The notes beneath the pieces were generated by a model. That model did no database searches and was not told the origin of the DNA. It saw only the letters and a list, made by a program, of their open reading frames with translations. A DNA stretch of 8,678 nt, from assembly GCA_001179505.1 (NCBI GenBank), contig CDMY01000950.1:1-8678 (forward strand). Reading direction: 5' to 3'. The DNA is from Vitrella brassicaformis CCMP3155. Taxonomy: Eukaryota > Protista > Chromerida. The translations under genes were made by a program, and so were the position numbers. Of the stretch, positions 1-7,324 are shown piece by piece; positions within the stretch are counted from its first letter, which is position 1; each line of letters opens with the position of its first letter.

Positions 1-757
1 TGTACAGGTGTGACCAGTCTGGTGGTGCGTCAGAGGTCCTTCCAGCATTGCACATGCATCGTGAGGACTTCACTGCCAGGCAACGGCAGCCCTCGCCTCC
101 CCTCTTCGCATCCACCCGGCCCCTTCCTGTCTCCTTATCCCCACACAGACGAACGACAACCGGTCCATTCGTCACACCGACCTGCACAGCACGGACATCG
201 AATAGATGGTCCTCGTACACGCGTCGTGGTATCAACCTTTCGCGTCCAGAGCGCCGTGGCGGAGGGGGTGGTGGTGCTCGTCGGTCGAGAGCCATCTCGC
301 CCTCATCGATCGGCATGAGTTCCATATCTGCATCGCTCGGCTGGGGGGCTGCTGGGCCTGACGCCGGGTTGGCATCCATCCCATCCACATCCATGTGGTC
401 GTGCTCTGGGTTGCTGGCTCTCGGCTGCCCGTCCATTTGGACGTCGCCTGCCCCACTCGGCCCATCGTACGACTCATCCCCGCCTGCCTGCACATGGCCT
501 TGCTGATCGAGGTTACCCACCTCCTCCAGCTCATCGGGCTCAACATCCCTTATCTCTGGCTTCTCGGCAACAATCAGGTCGCTCTCAGGGTTGACTATTA
601 CATCCCCTCTTCGAGCCGATTGGTGCGCTAAGTCAGCCGGTCCATCCCCTCTTTGCGCGTGGTCGTCGACAAGCTCAGGGCGGGCCTGGAGAGGTTCACC
701 GAGTCTATGGGTGGCCTCCCAGCTGGCCGGCACGAGCCGTCGATGCCAGGTACGCTT

Positions 758-1660
758 CTCGAGGAAACGAACATCACGCGAGATGATGACGCGTCGTGTT
801 TTGGGGTTCCACATGCGATAGGCATCCTTGGTTCGACCATCATAGCCTATCAGCAGCATGGGAACTGCCCTGGCCGCAAACTTGTGTGCTCTGAAGGGCT
901 TCCGCACATGAACACAGCCAAGACAGCCCCACACACGCACATGGCCCAGGTAAGGCCGGCGGCCATGCCACATCTCATATGGCGTTTTGTCCTCTGAGAG
1001 GCTCTCCGTTGGCATTCTGTTCCTCAGATATGCCGCTGTGTCCATGGCGAACGGCCAGAAGGCCTTGGTGATGCCATGACAAAGGAGTAGGGCGGTCCCT
1101 TTCTCCAGGAGTGTGCGGTTCATTCGCTCGGCGACACCATTCTCTCGAGGTGTGTAGGGCGCACTAAACTGACGTTTGATGCCCCTATCGATACACTCTT
1201 GTTCAAACGAACCAGCAGAGAGCTCTTGAGCCCAATCTGATCTGATCGTTTCAGGTGTCTTGCCCCATTCGCCGCACAGCCGCCTCAGCGCAGCTGCCGA
1301 CTCATCTCGGGTTCTGAGCATGTACACCGCCACCATCTTGGTGTACTCATCCGTGTACGTGATGAAGTACTGGAAGCCGCCCGGCGACGAGTTCGGCATC
1401 GGGCCACAGATGTCTGTGTGCACCAATTCGAAAGGTCGCGTGCACTCAGGTGACTCATCACAGTCAGCAGCAGGAGGCAGCTGTGTGCTTTTTGCCTTGA
1501 TGCAGATCTCACAGGGGTCCTCTGCCCGTGAGGGCGCAGGTGGAGCCATTTCGTGCCGTCCTTGTATCTCCGATACAAAGGCCAACTGTCAAGGCCCGTG
1601 GCGAGCTCTGGTAGGCGCATCATCACACGATCGCTCACGTGTACGAGACGCTCATGCGCC
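758..1660 (-). other. Integrase: HHCC zinc domain (split by a frameshift) plus RNase H-fold core with DD35E triad
   Basis: HERLVH begins at 1656; CEIC 1502-1513; D at 1412-1414 (VHTD); D at 1235-1237 (IRSD); E at 1127-1129 (VAER), with exactly 35 residues between the second D and E. Followed by FWPFAMDTAAYLRNR, KTPYEMWHG, HVRVWGC, LLIGY, YRMWNP, SRDVRFLE. Confidence 0.95.
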
Positions 1661-2066
1661 TGTCGATACGCTGCAGTATCGGCCGATTCCTCCTGTTTAG
1701 GGAGGTTTATGCCCGTCGAGTCATCGATGGCAGGTGCGTGCACATGCACACCAGACTCACTGGTGGACGAGGACACATGGGCGTTGGCTGCCCTTTGTGT
1801 GTGTGTGTCAGGCGCATGCACGGGCGCCTGACTGGTCCCTCGCTTATGTGCGTCTGCGAGGGATGAATTGAGTGGACATGCACGGTCATGGGCGTCCCCA
1901 CCGCTGCATTCACACCCTATGGATGGATTCACTTGTGGCTGAAGAGATGCACACAGATAACGGCGAGACGAGCCTTCATCATCAGCGTCCGTCACGCATG
2001 CATCCCTCTCCTCCTCAACGCCTCCTCCCCTTCCCGTGTTCCACCACCATGCATAACACGTAAGGG

Positions 2067-2440
2067 TAAGACGTACAGGTTGTCACATCGGGTCACTGGC
2101 ACGTCTAAGCACTCAGTGTCCTGTTGCAGGCCCTCTACGCCCTCGACAGGCAGATGGATGGCTCTCAACTCGCCGAAGCTAACCGAGCAACCGCTATCTT
2201 CAAACTCAGCAACCGACAGCAGGTTATTCTTCAGCCTTGGCGCGAGAAGACACCCATCTAGCACAACGACACGCAGGCGTCCATCACGGGTCATGATCGG
2301 CAGTGCGACCGTCCCCTCACCTTTGATGGGTACCATGCTGCCGTCGGCAACCCGTAACCAACCTCTACGAGGTGTCCATCTGACAGACAGGTCAGCACAG
2401 CAGAAGACATGCTTCGTGCAGCCTGAGTCGAGCAGTGCAT
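2067..2440 (-). other. Copia-type aspartic protease
   Basis: ALLDSGCTKHVF (D-S-G at 2421-2429), RVADGSMVPIKGEGTV, LAPRLKNNLLSV and NLYVL are typical copia protease-region motifs. Confidence 0.9.
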
Positions 2441-2702
2441 ATGTACACACATCATTCAGTGCGTCACACACACGCTCACTAACACATCCATCCATTGCAG
2501 ACGAGTGTGCCACTCCAACCACAAACACATCAGCCACATCTCTGTGTTGTGTGTCTGCAGGTTGTGCATTTTCACGGGCATACAGAGCTGCTACCTCTGC
2601 ACTCCGCTCGCTAAGCAAAGAGCACTGACTGCCTTCCCTTTGCTCATCTGTGTGTTCACGTACTTGCTGTGCAAGCAGTTGTTTGCCGGCTTCGCGCTGC
2701 GG

Positions 2703-4047
2703 GCAGTTGCGGTAGAGGTGCTCGGTGCTCTCGCAGAGGAAGCACTTGAGTCCCTTGCCCTTCTTGCCCTTGCCGGTCTTGCCGCCATTGCCCTCCTTGG
2801 CACCCGATGACGCGTCTTTCGACGCCTTCATCTGCTTGTTCTTGAGGCTCACGCCGGACTGCACCGTCGGCTGTCCGCTCGTGGGCTTCTTGCCCTTCTT
2901 CTTCTTCTTGGGGATCTTGACGAACGTCACCTTCTGCGCCGTCCCCATCACCTCGCCCGCCACGCCCGCCGCGCTGCTCGACGCACCGCCCTGGCCCTGC
3001 TGCTGTGCAGCCGGCCCGTTGAGTGACTTGAGCGCGTCATCTCACTGGCGGCACACGCGGACGAGGGTCTCGAAGTTGTACTTGGCGGATGGATCGACTA
3101 CCACCGCCTCGCGCACACGGCCAAACGACGCCGGCAGCTTCTTGACGAAGAACTCGACCTTCTCTTGGTCGTTGATCGGATGCACCCCTTGCAGCTGGCG
3201 CAGCTCGTTCGCACGCTGCACCTTCCGCAGGAAGTCGGTCAACGCCTGCTCGAAGTTCCAGGTCGGGTCACACTGCCAGTTGACCACCCGCGTGTAGGCC
3301 TCGGACCAGGAGCCAGGACGCGATGGATGAAACGACTCATACAACGCGTCTCAGGCTGCTGCACCGTCGCCCGTTGGCACTTGCTGGATGACGGCCAGGG
3401 CCTGCCCGTCGCCCTCGTATCCCTTGTCAGGGAGCAGCGCATCCAGCAGCGCCGCGTGCAGATGGGCATTGTCAGCATCGTACTGCGCAGCACCCATGCC
3501 GAGCCGCATCTGCTGACGGATGTCCTTGTTGAGCAGGTAGGCAATTTTGGCCGCCTGACACTTGCTCTGCACCTCAAACGCGAACGTGGGGAAGCCAGCT
3601 TGGCCGCCAGTGAAGGCATGAAGCTTGAGCTTCTTGCGCTCCAGCACCGACTCCGCTGTTCTCTTGACCACCACGCCCGGCAGGGTCAGACTGCTAGCCG
3701 TATGACCGGCCTGCTGCTGTGGCGCATGCTGGTCGACGTAGGCGCCGAGGGAGGTTTGGTGTGCCACTCTGTCAGCAGCAGCACGCTCCTCCCCGGACAC
3801 TGTCAGCAGCAGCACGCTCCTCCCCGGACACCACCATCTCCGCATCGCCGTCTCCAGCACCATTGCCGTTGCCTACGCCGTTCTGGCCAGGCTCATTGCC
3901 GTTGGGTGCTTCTCCAGCGTGTCCGTCGTTGCCCGGCTGGATCTCTCCAGATCCATCACCGCCTCCGACGCCTTCGCCTTGTCCGTGCATCTGGACATCC
4001 CCATCAAGATGAGGGTTGGCTTCACCGCCCGCTGCGGCAGCGTCCAT
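2703..4047 (-). other. Gag region: Gly/Asn/Asp-rich N-terminus, copia-type capsid segment, Lys-rich tract, CCHC zinc knuckle
   Basis: ORFs 3772..4047, 3351..3863, 3042..3344 and 1992..2963 join into one reading. 'GAAA*DALYESF' resembles the copia Gag AW..L motif. KIPKKKKKGKK is a basic tract. CX2CX4HX4C lies at 2703-2744. Confidence 0.85.
3770..3831. repeat. Perfect 31-bp tandem duplication causing the first gag frameshift
   Basis: tgtcagcagcagcacgctcctccccggacac occurs at 3770-3800 and 3801-3831. Deleting one copy fuses ...EMVVSGEERAAAD to RVAHQTS... in frame. Confidence 0.97.
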
Positions 4048-4104
4048 GGCTCAGATCTGGCTGAGATCTACCGCTTGTGTGCCGTCTCCCCGCAGGAGTA
4101 ACCT

Positions 4105-4119
4105 GTGGGCTCAATAACC
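4105..4119 (-). promoter_or_regulatory. Primer-binding site of the half-tRNA(iMet) type, with one extra T
   Basis: Minus strand reads GGTTATTGAGCCCAC, 57 nt upstream of the gag ATG. It resembles the GGTTATGAGCCC / GGTTATGGGCCC PBS of Ty5 and Drosophila copia (complement of the tRNA-iMet anticodon arm), from my recall of those elements. Confidence 0.75.
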
Positions 4120-4490
4120 AGTTACGGATCAACCCAATAAGCTAAGCTGTGGTTATCCATCTGTGGGACGCATTCACCATTTCCTCAACACTACGTAGGG
4201 AGAAGGAACGGCTATTGCGTTGTCTTAATTTCTTCTCCTTCCTTGCTTGCAGACAGGCGGCGGGACAAACCACCTCTCTGTTGGAGGAAGCTGCACCCAA
4301 CGTTTGCAAAGGGCAAAAACAATGGGACACTGCCTGCGAGCTCAACGCCTGCAGGAGGAGGTGCAATGATGAAGATAGAATTGATTTATCATCCCCTGTC
4401 CGTGCTCCCTCGAACAAAGCGCTTGACGAGGCTGAAGGATGGGCGGCAAGCGCCCATCCTTCAGGCACGTGATTAATGGGGGGGATTCGA
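4120..4490 (-). repeat. Probable 3' part of the 5' LTR (distal boundary not determinable)
   Basis: Non-coding sequence directly upstream of the PBS. Minus strand reads ...CCGTAACT|GGTTAT, where a canonical LTR would end in CA. The partner LTR is not in the window, so extent is unverified. Confidence 0.4.
4432..4464. repeat. Perfect 14-bp inverted repeat / hairpin with 5-nt loop
   Basis: CTGAAGGATGGGCG-gcaag-CGCCCATCCTTCAG. Confidence 0.95.
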
Positions 4491-4491
4491 G

Positions 4492-5064
4492 CACTACTGA
4501 CACACACGACAGAGACACGGGTGGAAACGCAGAAACCAGCGGCGGTGTTGTGGAGGTGGGCTTACCGGCCACCGAGGCGAGAAGCACCACCAGGGGGGGG
4601 GGGGGGGGNNNNNNNNNNNNNNNNNNNNNNNNNNNNNNNNNNNNNNNNNNNNNNNNNNNNNNNNNNNNNNNNNNNNNNNNNNNNNNNNNNNNNNNNNNNN
4701 NNNNNNNNNNNNNNNNNNNNNNNNNNNNNNNNNNNNNNNNNNNNNNNNNNNNNNNNNNNNNNNNNNNNNNNNNNNNNNNNNNNNNNNNNNNNNNNNNNNN
4801 NNNNNNNNNNNNNNNNNNNNNNNNNNNNNNNNNNNNNNNNNNNNNNNNNNNNNNNNNNNNNNNNNNNNNNNNNNNNNNNNNNNNNNNNNNNNNNNNNNNN
4901 NNNNNNNNGGGGGGGGGGGGGGGGAATTCGCTTTTGTTTTGCGAGACATAACAACCCGTCTTTGCCTGGACCAAATTGACCTGTGGGGGGCGCGAGAGAA
5001 CATGGTTTGTACCTCATTCGAACGAGCATTTTCTGCTTGATTTATGCATATGGCACACGTGGGG
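4492..5064 (-). repeat. Diverged inverted copy of 6603-6897, interrupted by poly-G and a gap
   Basis: 4492-4592 aligns to the reverse complement of 6789-6897, and 4924-5064 to that of 6603-6745 (e.g. shared acctcattcgaacgagcatttt, gatttatgcata, tgtggaggtgggct). Roughly 80% identical by eye. Confidence 0.92.
4593..4924. other. Assembly gap (300 N, 4609-4908) flanked by 16 G on each side
   Basis: G run 4593-4608, N run 4609-4908, G run 4909-4924. Confidence 0.98.
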
Positions 5065-5287
5065 CAGAAAAATATAACTCATAAGTTTAACAACGTCGTC
5101 ATTAACAACGTCGGGAAAGTTTAACAGCAGTGTTCGCCCAGGGGTACTTCGCAACGTCTCCAGTGACTACGAAAGCATAGAAGAAGCTCTGAATTGTAAA
5201 CCAGCTTGTTTCGACAGACTACTGTACTAACGCAGACAGACAGGTGAGGAGGCGGTTTGCATGCACTCAAAAAAGAGACCAACTCTT

Positions 5288-6215
5288 CTACGGCTCGTCG
5301 GCCGGCATCGATGTGAGTCTGTCGACCCCGCTGAGCAGGTTCTGACGACGAAACTTCAGCCCCAGTGCTGACGAACACACACAAACAGACGCCATGCAGC
5401 TCCATTATTGTGGACATGCGTGCGTCATGGTTGGTGTGCGCTTGATTGGCTGAGAGGCTCGCTCGCTTACCGTACTTGTACGACTCGGCCATGTACTCCC
5501 GAACTGTTGACGAACACAAACATACATGCAATGTTCCCCACCCAGCCTGTCGTCCGTTCTGACTGCCCATATGCTGCCTGTCGCTTCCCGGCTTACTCAA
5601 CTTTTGTGTCCACTGCCTTTTCCGTTTCCAGTCATCCAACAAATCCGTTGCATGCCTCAAGCGACGGCGCTCCTCGCTGATATTGATTGACACAGGAGCA
5701 CAAACACACACCCAGTACTTACTGTATGGATCGCGTCTGTCTGAGTGCGTGTGTGTCATGTATGTATATGGGTGTCTGCTTGGTACGTACCGGGTCTTGT
5801 GAGGCTTGTTTGTCAAGTTCTCGATCTCCTCTTCCAAGCCGTCCATGTGGTCCTCCGCATCGAGCAGCGCCTCTTCCAGGCGATCGACCGCCAGCTGTCC
5901 TCTCTCTGCCTGGATTTGGAAGACTGCTATCCCCACACCCGAGTAATTGAGCCGTTTCTGTCACGATAAGACATAAAGCAGATCAGATGGTTACGGTGTG
6001 AATTGTTGTGCAGTACATTCGCCCTCCTTACTCTGGCTTCCTCGAGATCTGACTGCAAAAGCCAACACACAAGTCCCACAACGCACCATGCGTGAACTTG
6101 CCGTGTTGCACCAAAGCTGTTTGTTTGTGCCGTGTACCCTCACTCTACATACCGGTATTTGGATCCTCTCCGTGTCATCGGCCGTCACTTGTTTCGTCGC
6201 TTGCTCCTCAGACAT
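5288..6215 (-). CDS. Five-exon gene, 140-aa hypothetical protein with acidic then basic coiled-coil-like segments; exons 6215-6153, 5957-5791, 5676-5597, 5503-5471, 5367-5288
   Basis: Donors GTATGT, GTACGT, GTAAGC, GTAAGC and CAG acceptors after pyrimidine/(TG)-rich tracts give matching phases 0,2,1,1. Product: MSEEQATKQVTADDTERIQIPKRLNYSGVGIAVFQIQAERGQLAVDRLEEALLDAEDHMDGLEEEIENLTNKPHKTREERRRLRHATDLLDDWKRKRQWTQKLIREYMAESYKYALGLKFRRQNLLSGVDRLTSMPADEP*. The last exon is the least certain. Confidence 0.75.
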
Positions 6216-6602
6216 GGCCAGCCTGGTGCTATGCCGGAGGAGGTGGCGGGACGGGCATGAGGTGAGGGGGCGACAGGGGATGGTCGACGAGGCAGTGGTG
6301 GCAGGGGTCAAAGGAGGGGGGGGGGGGAGCCAGTATGCGAGAGCATATGGGAGAGCAGCAATAACGTGCACGGGCAGCCGCATAACACACGTCGAATGAT
6401 GTCGACTGACAACTGAATGCAGCGACAAACACGCACGAATGCACTGGATGGGTGCGTCGTTCTGACTGTTGTTGCAGGATCTCATTGGTTGCCCGTTGCG
6501 GCCTCCCTGCTCGACTCGAGAGGGAAAGCCGTGACAGCTTTACGCCGACTGCCCTAGACCCCATCATCGCGCAAAGACATGGCATATGGACACATGCTGA
6601 TC

Positions 6603-6897
6603 CCCCGCGTATGCCCTATGCATAAATCAAAATCAAAATGCTCGTTCGAATGAGGTGCGAAGCATGTTCTCTCGTGCCCCCTACATGTCACTTTGGTCCA
6701 GGGAAAGACGGGTTATATGTCTCGCAGCAAAACAAAAGGGAATTGAGACCACTCTCTCTGCTGAGATGCGGTCCTTGCCGCCATCGCTCGTGGTGGCGCT
6801 TCTCACCTCGGCGGCCGGTGAGCCCACCTCCACAGCACTTTCCAGCTGTGTCTCTGTTTCCACACGTGTCTCTCTCTCTCTGTGTATGTCAGTCGTG
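6603..6897 (+). repeat. Inverted partner of 4492-5064
   Basis: Reverse-complement alignment as described for 4492-5064. Also present again at about 7854-8150 inside the duplicated block. Confidence 0.92.
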
Positions 6898-7191
6898 TGG
6901 ACAGACGCCATGGTGCAATGCCCCTTGTTCTGCGTTGGAGTCTGGACAGTCGTCGACTGTCACACACATGTCTCTGTCTGTTGTGTGTGTCAGGTGGGTT
7001 GTGAGCGGGCTTGTGCGCGGGGTTGTGTGGTTTGTGGGCGGATTTGTGATGGGGCTTGCTCCCCTGCAGGAAGCGCCAGCAAACGTCCACCAGCGAACAC
7101 GAGGCGAAGGGCATTCCGCAGAGACTCAACAGAGAGACAGACACAGAGGCACCCAGATGCGTGGTCCAATAACGGTTTGACGGAAAGATAG
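6766..7191 (+). CDS. Candidate small secreted protein gene (signal-peptide-like exon 6766-6817, intron 6818-6892; downstream structure uncertain)
   Basis: ATG 6766, donor G|GTGAGC, acceptor gtcag at 6892. Splicing gives MRSLPPSLVVALLTSAAVVWTDA..., a hydrophobic N-terminus. The donor is retained as G|GTAAGC in the inverted copy. A second good acceptor sits at 6993 but I found no strong matching donor. Confidence 0.35.
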   Translation: MRSLPPSLVVALLTSAAGEPTSTALSSCVSVSTRVSLSLCMSVVWTDAMVQCPLFCVGVWTVVDCHTHVSVCCVCQVGCERACARGCVVCGRICDGACSPAGSASKRPPANTRRRAFRRDSTERQTQRHPDAWSNNGLTER

Positions 7192-7324
7192 AACAACCTT
7201 CGTTGGCCTCTTCGTAACACATAATGCTCGCAGCTTGGCCGATCCCCCGCAGCGTTAACCTTTAACTAACGCGCTATTTCATAGCGTCATCGACACCGGT
7301 AAACCCCCGGCCCACATCAGGGTG

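Larger units (their letters stand above)
2..4047 (-). pseudogene. Disrupted gag-pol polyprotein (about 1,340 codons in window once lesions are repaired; 3' end outside window)
   Basis: ATG at 4047. Lesions: +31 tandem duplication 3770-3831; TGA at 3351-3353 and 3042-3044; -1 shift between 2066 and 1995; -1 shift between ~1588 and 1514. Then open to position 2 with no stop. Confidence 0.9.
1..4120 (-). mobile_element. Ty1/copia LTR retrotransposon, internal region (PBS-gag-PR-IN-linker), truncated by left window edge
   Basis: Manual minus-strand translation gives, in order: CCHC knuckle CFLCESTEHLYRNC, protease LLDSGCTKH...ADG...GEGTV...LKNNLLSV, HHCC (HERLVH...CEIC), integrase VHTDICGP / IRSD / NGVAERMNRTL, then IGY and SRDVRF. 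Integrase directly after protease (RT not yet reached) is the copia domain order. PBS-like sequence at 4105-4119. Confidence 0.96.

Noticed and set aside
10-1995. Short ORFs listed over the integrase/linker region
   Set aside because: The true coding frame is the unlisted minus frame 1549->2. Only the first ~135-160 codons of ORF 1285..1995 belong to Pol.
1995-2066. Programmed -1 ribosomal frameshift between protease and integrase
   Set aside because: I found no clear X XXY YYZ slippery heptamer with a downstream structure. Copia elements normally have one ORF, and a second shift splits the HHCC domain.
3042-3353. UGA-as-Trp genetic code or programmed readthrough
   Set aside because: Trp is encoded by TGG throughout the same polyprotein, and independent frameshifts show the copy is decayed.
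1888-4064. Long plus-strand ORFs (1888..2628, 2725..3297, 3165..4064) as antisense genes
   Set aside because: They are shadows of the GC-rich gag-pol coding strand, with no recognisable motifs.
4432-4480. Canonical Helitron 3' end
   Set aside because: No CTRR terminus about 10-15 nt after the hairpin on either strand.
4342-5029. ORFs spanning the first gap with poly-Pro/poly-Gly ends
   Set aside because: Artefacts of N runs and G homopolymers.
5121-5936. 271-aa ORF as a single-exon CDS
   Set aside because: It starts at GTG and reads through obvious intron sequence (VCVC / HTH repeats, consensus splice sites). The spliced model explains it better.
4483-6910. Target-site duplication around the inverted repeats
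   Set aside because: The outer flanks (ggattcgag vs ggacagacg region) share no direct repeat that I could see.
7252-7286. Two adjacent short hairpins (GCGTTA/TAACGC and CGCTAT/ATAGCG)
   Set aside because: 6-bp stems are expected by chance and no function is supported.
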